A stretch of 64,000 bases of DNA from positions 126,372 to 190,371 of the IMG/VR virus record IMGVR_UViG_3300027782_000032. One strand, 5' to 3'. The stretch comes from a virus. The translations under genes and the position numbers were made by a program. Below, piece by piece: positions 36,217 through 44,455 of this stretch; the stretch's first letter is position 1, and every line of letters begins with the position of its first letter. The notes under the pieces were generated by a model. The model did not search any database. It was not told where the DNA came from and saw nothing but the letters and a program-made list of their open reading frames with translations.

Positions 36217-36432
36217 TTACTGCTCTCCTTTAAATTTAGCCAACATTTCCTTGTTGAGTTCTTCCATACGGTTTATCATAGCCTGCTCGTTACCGTCATT
36301 GCCTCTGAGGCATATAGTCCAAGTGTACCCTTTGGTATTCTTGGTAAGTTCTACTTTTGATGGATACTCAACTGTCGGATTGTTCGACAGTTGAGTCTGC
36401 TTGTACATAACGTCTCCATTAATATTGCTCAT
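36217..36432 (-). CDS. hypothetical protein
   Basis: 71 aa; VELTKNTKGYTWTI followed by a helix. Confidence 0.6.
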   Translation of the reverse strand: MSNINGDVMYKQTQLSNNPTVEYPSKVELTKNTKGYTWTICLRGNDGNEQAMINRMEELNKEMLAKFKGEQ

Positions 36433-36936
36433 TTATTGCTCCTTTGATTTTTGTTTGTTTAACTTATCTTTATTCTGCGCAAACCATGCTTTCCACATAG
36501 TTTGACTGGCACAAGCTCCAGCTCGTGTCTTATCTCCAGGTATCGGACCAAAATCTACTGATCCTAACTTTTTATTGCTGTTTGTTAGCACAGCCAAAAC
36601 TATTAGACTTTCCCTGCTTGCCTGTCTAACTAGCTCGCTGTCATCAGCTACTGACTCTATCAGGTCTTCTAGGTATTCATCTCCAAACCTTCTAGCAAGT
36701 ATGCAGCCAGCTGACTTAACTCTGAAGTCAGCTGACTTCATAGCTAGCTCTACCATAGGCTTAGAGTCGGATTTTGATATAGATGCTACCTGCATCTGCA
36801 TGTATCTTATGTCAACCACTGTCAACTTTTTATCAGCCCAACTGGCTGATGACGCTGAGCTGCCTCAGCCTGCACTGCTTTGTTTTGCAGATACAAACAA
36901 TACAACTACGCTAGCTAGTATCAGTCTAGTCAACAT
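36433..36936 (-). CDS. secreted HEAT-like repeat protein with one in-frame TGA (36867-36865): candidate selenoprotein, readthrough product or recent pseudogene
   Basis: GGAGG RBS, then MLTRLILASVVVLFVSAKQSSAG*GSSASSASWADKKLTVVDIRY, in frame with the track ORF 36433-36825; LIESVADDSELVRQASRESL is HEAT-like. Confidence 0.6.
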
Positions 36937-36953
36937 AACAATACCCTCCAATG

Positions 36954-36983
36954 AATCAGGCGGCCTTAAAGGGCCGCCTGATT
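36954..36983. terminator. 12-bp stem-loop just upstream of the TGA-containing gene
   Basis: AATCAGGCGGCC/GGCCGCCTGATT. Confidence 0.6.
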
Positions 36984-37019
36984 TTAGTTAATGGTTTTAC
37001 TTTTACTTTAGGTCTACGT

Positions 37020-37682
37020 TTAGTTTTTACTTTTGGCACTACCATCCTCCCATAGCTCGTCATTAAACAGCTCGTCTCCTGTAGCTGCGTATTTATTAAG
37101 CTGTAGCTCTGTTAGTTCTTTGCCAACTAAGCAGCTTCCTACATAATCCAATCCTTCTTCTTTTTCTTTGGTTTTGTATATAAAGCACTCTACCCAGTAC
37201 TTAGGGTCAGGAACTTTCATTCCAAGCCTTTTGAGCTCGTCACTTACCTTTGCTCCGCAGTTTCTGAAGCTAACTATTTTCATAAACCATTTTAGTTTAG
37301 AAGATTCTACTAGAACTAACTTATGGTAAGTTCCAGTTGGAATGCTTTTTAATATTCTTCCAAGCATCATGTTTGGAATGGTTGTCTCTACTTCGTACTT
37401 GGCTTCTTTAAAAGCTTCGTCAGTGGAGACGTCTCCATCTCCTGAATACTCTAGAACGTTATCGTATTCGTCAGCGGCTGAATCTACCGACTTGTATATT
37501 GGGCTATTGAACGCCTCTAGCATACCTAGCGCTTCTTCCTTTGATGTAGGAGCGCCATCTTCTGCAGCTGCAACTTCGCCATTATCTAACCTGTGAATAG
37601 CTAGCGTGTTTCCCACGTCGCCAGGTCTACCACCTCTATCTGATTCATAGTACTCTACTACCACGTACTTTAGTTCGCTCAT
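37020..37682 (-). CDS. hypothetical protein
   Basis: Start moved to MSELKY (GGAG RBS). Confidence 0.6.
   Translation of the reverse strand: MSELKYVVVEYYESDRGGRPGDVGNTLAIHRLDNGEVAAAEDGAPTSKEEALGMLEAFNSPIYKSVDSAADEYDNVLEYSGDGDVSTDEAFKEAKYEVETTIPNMMLGRILKSIPTGTYHKLVLVESSKLKWFMKIVSFRNCGAKVSDELKRLGMKVPDPKYWVECFIYKTKEKEEGLDYVGSCLVGKELTELQLNKYAATGDELFNDELWEDGSAKSKN
37424..37437. repeat. dispersed palindrome, copy 4
   Basis: TGGAGACGTCTCCA; read as D-G-D-V-S-T, a third reading frame. Confidence 0.95.
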
Positions 37683-37701
37683 TAGATCTCCTTGGTTAGT
37701 T

Positions 37702-38028
37702 TTAAACATCATCTCTACAACCAGCGTTGTAGCTGTTATCGTCGTCATTCAATCCAAAGCTTTCAAGGTGTTCAAGGTCGTATAAGTCCCTTTCATACGA
37801 GCTAGGCTTACGCTTTTTACGTATTTTACCTTTAGGAGCATCAGGCGCAGTCCTTGGTCTGCTACTTCTTTTATACTCGTGCATTGTTAGAGACTCATTC
37901 TTGTAATGCTCCTTAGACTTATCACATACATCTGTATGAAAGGATACGCCATCCTTGTTGTATACTCTTCCATTAGATATTTTGAAAAGAGTATCGGCTC
38001 CGCAGAACTTACACTTAGTCTCTTCCAT
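37702..38028 (-). CDS. hypothetical basic protein with CxxC
   Basis: CKFCG and HTDVC. Confidence 0.55.
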   Translation of the reverse strand: MEETKCKFCGADTLFKISNGRVYNKDGVSFHTDVCDKSKEHYKNESLTMHEYKRSSRPRTAPDAPKGKIRKKRKPSSYERDLYDLEHLESFGLNDDDNSYNAGCRDDV

Positions 38029-38030
38029 GT

Positions 38031-38306
38031 TTATTCCCTTTCTTTAATATCATTCCTTTGTTTCAATATCTCTTTACTTAAGTCTTGTCTATCTAGTTCG
38101 TTTTTAATTATTTCAGACTTTGTTTTATCTAATATTTTTTTAATGTCTGCGTATTTTGGGTCATGAATCATTCTAAGAAAGCTTTGATAATCTGGGCACT
38201 CTATTGCTTTTCTATCTTTCTTTATGATCTCCATTATCATGTCTAGAACTTTTAAACTGTCTGAAGCAGCCTTAGCCACTATTTCATCTTTGTAAGGGTC
38301 TTCCAT
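38031..38306 (-). CDS. hypothetical helical protein
   Basis: 91-aa ORF with GGAG RBS. Confidence 0.55.
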   Translation of the reverse strand: MEDPYKDEIVAKAASDSLKVLDMIMEIIKKDRKAIECPDYQSFLRMIHDPKYADIKKILDKTKSEIIKNELDRQDLSKEILKQRNDIKERE

Positions 38307-38322
38307 GTAACTCTCCTATTGT

Positions 38323-38787
38323 TTACAAGAACCAATCAGGTTTACTGCGTTTTTTCCAAGAAGCCAAGTGGCTTTTACCTTTAACGTAGTACAGTCTGTA
38401 AGCTGCAATAGCGCATTCACCTTTGTATTCTATTGGCATAGCTTGAGCAAAGCTAGTTAACGAACCTGAAGGTATGCTACTATGTTTCTCATAGCAGCTA
38501 AGTATTACTTTCTCTGAAGCATGTTCTCTTCCGTATCTATAAGTGTATTCAGAGCATAACTCTATACCCAGTCTGCACAGCCACTCAAAGTTATCCCTAG
38601 TAGCTGCAGCCCACAGCGTGCATGGGTGCTTAACGTGAGCCGGCTTGTATGCTACGTCATTGCAGCCATTTAGGATTAAAGCCGTGCATAGCATTTGGGC
38701 CGACTCTAACGGCATCTTTACAACATGCCTGTCTACGTGCCATTCAGCCGCTTCCCTGACGTTTTCTGAAAGCACGAAGATGTTCAT
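38323..38787 (-). CDS. pyrimidine-dimer DNA glycosylase / DenV-superfamily protein
   Basis: MNIFVLS, HVDRHVVKMPLESAQML, YKPAHVKHPCTLWA, EYTYRYGREH, AYRLYY. Confidence 0.75.
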   Translation of the reverse strand: MNIFVLSENVREAAEWHVDRHVVKMPLESAQMLCTALILNGCNDVAYKPAHVKHPCTLWAAATRDNFEWLCRLGIELCSEYTYRYGREHASEKVILSCYEKHSSIPSGSLTSFAQAMPIEYKGECAIAAYRLYYVKGKSHLASWKKRSKPDWFL

Positions 38788-38800
38788 GCTTACCTCCCTG

Positions 38801-39109
38801 TTACAATAATTTATCTATGTAGTTTACAGCTTCTTCTTTAATCTTATCCATAGTTGTAACGCCTTTAATAAGGTCATCTTCAAATGCTCGTTCATACCCA
38901 TCGGATCTAGTCCAACCGACACAAACAATACGATTCTTTTTTAATCCATCTAGTTGATATAATTGAACGGCACGGCCTGCTCCATAAACACCTATATTCA
39001 TTTCTTTTAAAATAAAAGTGTGACCTTTGCGTTCAAACTTTGTTTCAAAAGACGAAAGCTTTGTGTATATGGGTTTTTCTTGTTTATCAGCTTTTAGTAT
39101 GCGTGTCAT
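38801..39109 (-). CDS. hypothetical protein
   Basis: 102-aa ORF with ATGA coupling. Confidence 0.55.
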   Translation of the reverse strand: MTRILKADKQEKPIYTKLSSFETKFERKGHTFILKEMNIGVYGAGRAVQLYQLDGLKKNRIVCVGWTRSDGYERAFEDDLIKGVTTMDKIKEEAVNYIDKLL

Positions 39110-39345
39110 TGCTTCTCTACCTTTATGTTTAGTTGTTTCCCAATTTCAAGAACTTTTTGAAACATATCAGCTTGTGCTTCTTCTCCATAAGAGTCGGTTG
39201 GCATTGAGTCTATTAATATTAACTTGTCTCCTTGTTTTACAAAGGTTTGACCAGTCATAGGAATTACCCAAGAGCCACCTTCCTTTAGCATAGCTATGAC
39301 GTTACGAGTCCACTCTATATCTGAAGGCCTAGGGTTCCATGTCAT
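39106..39345 (-). CDS. hypothetical protein
   Basis: 79-aa ORF with ATGA coupling. Confidence 0.55.
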   Translation of the reverse strand: MTWNPRPSDIEWTRNVIAMLKEGGSWVIPMTGQTFVKQGDKLILIDSMPTDSYGEEAQADMFQKVLEIGKQLNIKVEKQ

Positions 39346-39665
39346 AAACAGTCACCCCCTATAAATCCCCATAAACGAGCTGCTACAGATAGAACTTCTA
39401 TGGTTTTATCAACTACATAGTGCGTCCTATCATCTGGGCATTCGTGTATTATTCTAAATGTAAACTTGTATGTGTTTAGTGCTATGCACTCTAGTTTTAC
39501 AGCTTCTAACTCAAGGTTTAATTCACCAGTATTAGGTATGCCTGTATGACGGCATGCGCCCTTCAAGAACAGGGTGAGCAGCTTTTCGAACGGCATGTTG
39601 TTAAGAGTAGCGTCTAAATAAGACAATACCTTAGCAGGAACTTCTATGCTTTTACTCATCATCAT
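39342..39665 (-). CDS. hypothetical protein
   Basis: 107-aa ORF. Confidence 0.55.
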   Translation of the reverse strand: MMMSKSIEVPAKVLSYLDATLNNMPFEKLLTLFLKGACRHTGIPNTGELNLELEAVKLECIALNTYKFTFRIIHECPDDRTHYVVDKTIEVLSVAARLWGFIGGDCL

Positions 39666-39810
39666 CTTCCTTTATAGGTTTAAAGTTTCCAACTTTATTA
39701 ATATGCTTATCTAGGCATTTTGCGCAGAGCCTGTCTGCGTAAGATGCTAGGTGGTGGTATTTCTTAACAATTTTATTGCACTTGGGACATTTACATTTTA
39801 TAGTTTTCAA
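39652..39810 (-). CDS. small Zn-ribbon protein (52 aa, TTG start)
   Basis: GGAG RBS then TTG; CKCPKC and LCAKC. Confidence 0.5.
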   Translation of the reverse strand: MKTIKCKCPKCNKIVKKYHHLASYADRLCAKCLDKHINKVGNFKPIKEDDDE

Positions 39811-39820
39811 TTTTAATCTC

Positions 39821-40189
39821 CTATAGTGCGTAAAAAGAGTTAGTAACAAGATCTTTAGATACTTTACAAATAAGGCTAGATCGCTCATTATCGTCAAGTT
39901 CTGCGGCTGTGCACGCTGCATCAACTTTACACTTTATAATATTACAAGCTTTCTCAAACGGCTCTAAAATGTCATTCTTGCGGGACCTCGCTGATTTACC
40001 ATGCGATCCCTCCATCGCAGATACAACTTGTAAAACTAACCCAAGATGCCGCCTGTCGAGGTCGTTGACCGCTAGGATTAGCATTTGTTTTGCTTGAAGA
40101 CTTTCGCTTAATGCGCTATCCCCAAATGCTTTTAGTTTTGATGAAAGACTCTTAGATATTCTAAATATAACATGAGTGCTTGCTGACAT
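39821..40189 (-). CDS. ribbon-helix-helix-like protein
   Basis: THVIFRISKSLSSKLKAF and SESLQAKQMLILAV; similar to 41142 and 41484 genes. Confidence 0.45.
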   Translation of the reverse strand: MSASTHVIFRISKSLSSKLKAFGDSALSESLQAKQMLILAVNDLDRRHLGLVLQVVSAMEGSHGKSARSRKNDILEPFEKACNIIKCKVDAACTAAELDDNERSSLICKVSKDLVTNSFYAL

Positions 40190-40211
40190 TTTGTTGTTCC
40201 TTTATCTAAAT

Positions 40212-40276
40212 GTTTGGGGTGCCCGTAGACCCTATCTACGGGCTGCCCTTATCTCACCAAGGGCTTATCCCCAAAC
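40212..40276 (-). ncRNA. candidate three-way-junction structured leader RNA
   Basis: Stems GTTTGGGG/CCCCAAAC, GCCCGTAGA/TCTACGGGC and GCCCTT/AAGGGC in a GC-rich intergenic island upstream of the 40189 start. Confidence 0.45.
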
Positions 40277-40309
40277 TAACGTGAAGGGCTCGGTAACCCC
40301 TTCACGTTA
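40277..40309. terminator. 12-bp stem-loop overlapping the stop codon of the 40307 gene
   Basis: TAACGTGAAGGG/CCCTTCACGTTA. Confidence 0.55.
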
Positions 40310-40741
40310 TTCCTTATCGCCTGGCCTCAACCAAGCTAATCTTTGAGATCCATTTACCATGGCTCTCATATCTTTAACGTCAGGGTGCTTCATAACTTCT
40401 GTAGTCTTATAAGCTACAGAGATAGAGAAGTCTGTAATCTCTATTGGATCGTTACCGAATGGAAGTCGTTTGTTACACATGGATACCATGTGTACTAGTG
40501 CTCCCATAAGCTCGTCATAGTCGAATTTATTATAGATGTACTTACCGTCTTTTTTTGTTTTAATTTTATTAGCGTCTATATGTAACTCTTTTCTAACTAT
40601 TTTTCCGTTTTTGTTACCTTCTATTTCTACTATGTCTCTGCCAAATTTTAGGTAAAGTGGGTTACCTGAGATTGGCACTTTTATTTTCTTAACTGCCTTA
40701 ACTTTGTTTTTAGCTTTTACCTTAACTGATTTGCTTTTCAT
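40307..40741 (-). CDS. hypothetical protein with Lys-rich N-terminus
   Basis: 144-aa ORF. Confidence 0.6.
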   Translation of the reverse strand: MKSKSVKVKAKNKVKAVKKIKVPISGNPLYLKFGRDIVEIEGNKNGKIVRKELHIDANKIKTKKDGKYIYNKFDYDELMGALVHMVSMCNKRLPFGNDPIEITDFSISVAYKTTEVMKHPDVKDMRAMVNGSQRLAWLRPGDKE

Positions 40742-40757
40742 GTTACGTTCCTTTTTG

Positions 40758-40922
40758 TTATTCTTTAACTTTTTCTTTGAACTCTCTCTCAGCCTGCTCA
40801 GACACTACACTACGGATGTAGTCTCCCCACCGAACTCCTTTGTTGGCAGCAGCGAAAACAATCTTTGCATACTGATCATGTGAAAACATAATCTTTACTA
40901 GTTTTTTATCATCTGAACTCAT
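40758..40922 (-). CDS. CopG-like ribbon-helix-helix protein (54 aa, not in ORF track)
   Basis: Translated by hand: MSSDDKKLVKIMFSHDQYAKIVFAAANKGVRWGDYIRSVVSEQAEREFKEKVKE; AGGAG RBS. Confidence 0.6.
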   Translation of the reverse strand: MSSDDKKLVKIMFSHDQYAKIVFAAANKGVRWGDYIRSVVSEQAEREFKEKVKE

Positions 40923-40961
40923 TTTTATTCTCCTTTTAATTTAATTAATGTTACTGTACTG

Positions 40962-41117
40962 TTACTTTGCTCTAACTGCATGGTTTGTATTATCTTCTAT
41001 TATTTGTATTCCCCGCTCCTTAGCGAGTTTGTCTATGCCTGCTCTATTAGCTGCTTTAGCTGCAGCTGTATCTTTTTTATTTGTTTTTATTGTTAACTTT
41101 ACTAAATCTTTTGGCAT
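40962..41117 (-). CDS. small basic hypothetical protein (51 aa, not in ORF track)
   Basis: Translated by hand: MPKDLVKLTIKTNKKDTAAAKAANRAGIDKLAKERGIQIIEDNTNHAVRAK. Confidence 0.45.
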   Translation of the reverse strand: MPKDLVKLTIKTNKKDTAAAKAANRAGIDKLAKERGIQIIEDNTNHAVRAK

Positions 41118-41141
41118 TATAAACATTAGGACTTTCCTTTC

Positions 41142-41474
41142 TTATTCTCTAGATCTGATGTACCTATCTGTTTCTACTTGTATCGCTTCGTGCACTTTAT
41201 TAAAATCTGCGACCCTAACATCGTCAAAATGTCCTTTTAAAAATGAACCCATATGATTAGCGCATTCTTCGAAAGTATTAATGTTTTTATTGGCTTTTGC
41301 CATATAGTATATGGCTCCATAGCACCTTATGTCTATGAAGTTTAAGCTTAGAGCTAGTATGTTCTTAGCTACTTGGTTTACAGATATATCCCACTTCTTA
41401 GCTATTATTTCTAATTCTACTAACATTGTTGAAGCAGGTTTAAATTGTACATGCCCAGTTGTCTTCATTTTCAA
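41142..41474 (-). CDS. ribbon-helix-helix-like protein
   Basis: HVQFKPASTMLVELEIIAKKWDISVNQVAKNIL. Confidence 0.5.
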   Translation of the reverse strand: MKMKTTGHVQFKPASTMLVELEIIAKKWDISVNQVAKNILALSLNFIDIRCYGAIYYMAKANKNINTFEECANHMGSFLKGHFDDVRVADFNKVHEAIQVETDRYIRSRE

Positions 41475-41483
41475 CCTTTCTTA

Positions 41484-41969
41484 TTATTCTGAGAGGTCTA
41501 CTGTAAACGACAATTTACTTGCTGGTTCGTTAGCTTTTGCGATAGTGATTAAGCGATCTTGTGCTTCGCTAATTCCCATAAATTGTAGTTCAAAGTCTTT
41601 GACGTCATCTCCGTGCTCTTTGCACGCTGAGCGTACAATACTGAAAATAAGTCCGCACCTTTGGTCTTCGCTGTGCACTTTAACGCCCCCACTTTCAAAC
41701 ATTTTAATAGTATCTTGAATTCGTTTACAGCACCCTTCAAAGAAGTCGGCGGATTTAAGACTGGGGACTATTCCATAAGATCGTATTAAGCTTTCTGTCA
41801 TCTTTGAAATAAAACTTAAATATCTACAATCCATGTCATACATTGACAATATTGCTAATCTTTTAGCAACTAAAGATTCAGAAATTCCTAATTTATCAGC
41901 AAGATTTTCGAGCGCTTTATTAGTCGTTATGCTAGTTCGATAATTCATCTGCTTCCGTAGTGTAGCCAT
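41484..41969 (-). CDS. ribbon-helix-helix-like protein, paralogue of 41142
   Basis: Start moved to MATLRK (GGAG RBS); QMNYRTSITTNKALENLADKLGISESLVAKRL and DCRY. Confidence 0.5.
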   Translation of the reverse strand: MATLRKQMNYRTSITTNKALENLADKLGISESLVAKRLAILSMYDMDCRYLSFISKMTESLIRSYGIVPSLKSADFFEGCCKRIQDTIKMFESGGVKVHSEDQRCGLIFSIVRSACKEHGDDVKDFELQFMGISEAQDRLITIAKANEPASKLSFTVDLSE

Positions 41970-42002
41970 AAATATTTCTCCTTCTAAATACCTGTAGATA
42001 CG

Positions 42003-42033
42003 AAAAAAGCCGTGACTCAACGAGAGCCACGGC
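42003..42033 (-). terminator. intrinsic terminator
   Basis: Minus strand GCCGTGGCTC-TCGTT-GAGTCACGGC followed by TTTTTT. Confidence 0.75.
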
Positions 42034-42243
42034 GCATGTCCTGATTGTTACCCACCTAAGATTTCAATCAGGGCTTATCAATGGACTTGCAACGAGAACA
42101 CATTATGCGGTCTGGCACGTCCTTTAGTTTGACTACACTTGTATCATTCACAAAGGAATGCTTACAAGACGGTATGACTAGGTATTTGTTAAACTTGAGT
42201 AGTTCAACACCGACTATTTTGACACTTTTCAAGCCTCACTTCC

Positions 42244-42459
42244 TTACCGGACTAGGCTTGCAAGGTCGTAGGCTTTTACAAGCCTGTCCGGTATCTTGAA
42301 TTTTCTTTCATACAACTCTCGTACCCTTTCACAGAAGTCATCATCATCAAATTTGCTTAGGGGCATAGCCCTAGGGTTGACCTTAAATATCTTAGAAGCC
42401 ATTCTTCTACTACTTAGTAGTATAATCCTTCTGGCTTTACATTGCCTGCTTTTTTTCAT
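42244..42459 (-). CDS. small basic hypothetical protein
   Basis: 71-aa ORF coupled to the upstream gene. Confidence 0.45.
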   Translation of the reverse strand: MKKSRQCKARRIILLSSRRMASKIFKVNPRAMPLSKFDDDDFCERVRELYERKFKIPDRLVKAYDLASLVR

Positions 42460-42460
42460 A

Positions 42461-42859
42461 TTAAACTTTGCCTTTCATAGCTTCTAGTTGGGCTTCTGAG
42501 TTATTTAGTTCTTTCTTAAGCTTAGTTATTTGCAAAGCTAAATCGCTAGCAAGTTTATCCATACCTGCTAATATGCCGGCCATAACATCTGACTGATGTC
42601 TCACTAGCTTTGCTGTTTGTATCATCAAGCTATAAAGCTCATCAGGCCTATTTACTGACCCTCGTCTTCCTATCATTATTCCGTAAGGAAATAGTTCCTG
42701 CCCTACTGACCAGTCTATTACTAAAGCTACAGATCTAACTTCAGGAATGTTTTCAAGCACTTCATTTATAACTTCAGTAAACCTATCAGTAGCTTCTTCG
42801 TGTCTAAGCTTTACTGTTTTTACTGCTTCCGACTGTTTAATCATTATCTCTTCGCTCAT
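42461..42859 (-). CDS. hypothetical protein with C-terminal coiled coil
   Basis: 132-aa ORF with GGAG RBS. Confidence 0.6.
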   Translation of the reverse strand: MSEEIMIKQSEAVKTVKLRHEEATDRFTEVINEVLENIPEVRSVALVIDWSVGQELFPYGIMIGRRGSVNRPDELYSLMIQTAKLVRHQSDVMAGILAGMDKLASDLALQITKLKKELNNSEAQLEAMKGKV

Positions 42860-43166
42860 TGCGTCTCCTAAGTTCTAGTTCTATTTCGTGCTCAATAGCT
42901 CTACTTGCCAACCACACAGGCAGTAACAGTATAAGGCTGAGACCATTAAAGCAACATAAAACTGTAATCCAAAATGATACGTGGTATCCAAGGCAAAATC
43001 GGCAAGATAAAAGTTCTCCTGCTAATGATGTGTATGCTGATTTAGATTCTCTCCACGCTTCAGCGTGAGCTCTAGCTGTAGAGAATATAGTGCCATCAAA
43101 CCAAGCGTCTAAAGTTCCTTTGCTTGCTAATGCAATTATTAAAGTTGTTAGAATGGCTTCTATCAA
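42837..43166 (-). CDS. DUF1360-like membrane protein
   Basis: TTG start with GGAGG RBS; hydrophobic helices; LAGELLSCRFCLGYHVS. Confidence 0.5.
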   Translation of the reverse strand: MIEAILTTLIIALASKGTLDAWFDGTIFSTARAHAEAWRESKSAYTSLAGELLSCRFCLGYHVSFWITVLCCFNGLSLILLLPVWLASRAIEHEIELELRRRNERRDND

Positions 43167-43179
43167 TTTAGCCTCCTTG

Positions 43180-43752
43180 CTATATAGAGTAATTATCAAT
43201 CCTAGCGTACCCAAATAAGTGAGACATATTATCTATTTCTTCTACTACTTCTGGCCACTTTTTAAAGTCGAGTCTATTTAATTTTGCATGTCTTCTTGAA
43301 TTTACTTTTGTAGGTTTAGGAAGTTTGCTTATTCCTAGCGAGCTTGTAAGAAGGTAGTAACCTTCGCTACTGCTTGACCTAAGGTCTTCAACCCTATAAA
43401 ACTTGTCAGTTAGCTGCATACACAGCTTGTTCCAATTTATCCAAAACATAGCTGCCCTTAGAGCGCTATTTTTTATTTCTAATAAACCAGCTGATTCTTT
43501 TGACACAGCTTTCCATAAAGACCTTTTGTGTGTGGTTAGGCTAGATATAGCCGACCAAGGTTCTCTAACTTGATGAAGTACCGTAGGGTTTAGAGGCTGC
43601 CATATGTCCTTCAGCCTACTCATTACCATAGGCCAGCCTATTCCTCCGTCTTCCTGTAAGACTTCATGACCTATCTTGAATCCAGCGGCTTTTAGCTGTG
43701 AGTGTACAGCTGACGTTCCACTTCTTCCACATCCTACTATTACAAGCTTCAT
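43180..43752 (-). CDS. sulfotransferase-like P-loop protein
   Basis: VIVGCGRSGTS, IGHE, VLHQVREPWSAISS (3'-PB-like R..P..S). Confidence 0.6.
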   Translation of the reverse strand: MKLVIVGCGRSGTSAVHSQLKAAGFKIGHEVLQEDGGIGWPMVMSRLKDIWQPLNPTVLHQVREPWSAISSLTTHKRSLWKAVSKESAGLLEIKNSALRAAMFWINWNKLCMQLTDKFYRVEDLRSSSSEGYYLLTSSLGISKLPKPTKVNSRRHAKLNRLDFKKWPEVVEEIDNMSHLFGYARIDNYSI

Positions 43753-43779
43753 GCTTGGACTTCCTTGACTAGTAAAATA

Positions 43780-43813
43780 ACAGACCGATCCTTTATTACC
43801 AGAATCGGTCTGT
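43780..43813. terminator. intergenic stem-loop
   Basis: ACAGACCGAT/ATCGGTCTGT. Confidence 0.5.
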
Positions 43814-43818
43814 CCTCC

Positions 43819-44109
43819 TTAATACCTGTTCTTAGATCTCCTCTTACGATGATAGCCGCTACCGTTATATCGACTTTTTGTTAGTCTTATATAGGAGCTG
43901 TCAAGGTGACGAGTAAACTTACCTGGCGCCCAGAAAGGTTTACCCTCATTGATATTACTATCGGTTCGTAAAAATATGTAACAAAGAACAAAGCTAAAAC
44001 AAATAGGTATAATTGACTTAAGAGCTGCTGCAGCCACTAGGCCACCTGCGATAACCCAAAAGCTTATTGTTACCTTATCGTCCTCAGGAGTGTACAATCT
44101 ATAGCTCAT
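43819..44109 (-). CDS. small membrane protein with basic tail
   Basis: Hydrophobic ISFWVIAGGLVAAAAL and IIPICFSFVLCYIF; start uncertain. Confidence 0.5.
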   Translation of the reverse strand: MSYRLYTPEDDKVTISFWVIAGGLVAAAALKSIIPICFSFVLCYIFLRTDSNINEGKPFWAPGKFTRHLDSSYIRLTKSRYNGSGYHRKRRSKNRY

Positions 44110-44455
44110 TATTATTATAGAGTTCCATAGGGCCATTCACGTGATATACCTCTATCAGGAGGCGGCGACCCTTCATTAGGTCGATTGTGCTCTATATCGT
44201 AAGGAGGCTTAAGTGGATAATTCATGGAAGCTAAGTTTCCAAGCGCCAGTCTACTAGCTGGCAGCCTTTGGGTTGAAATCAATCCTGAACGCTCTAGAAA
44301 CCTCTTAGGTGAACGGTTTGCCATTGAAACTTTACCTCTTTTTTTAAAGTAAGTGTATGTACCTAACGGGCTCACAAGGCTAGAATCCAGCGAAGGCTAA
44401 GACCATCAATAGAGCTATAAGACAGGCTAGGCCTATCGGCTCCATTGAATCAGCC

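Noticed and set aside
36410-36418. ACGTCTCCA as a seventh palindrome copy
   Set aside because: Only the right half matches; the left arm (CATA) is unrelated. A 9-mer half-site can occur by chance.
40212-40276. Hammerhead ribozyme
   Set aside because: A three-way junction is present but the junction strands (AUAA, A, A) lack the CUGANGA and GAAA core.
42003-42293. CsrB/RsmZ-like sponge RNA for the phage CsrA
   Set aside because: Only about four GGA motifs and not placed in hairpin loops; kept as a generic structured-RNA candidate.
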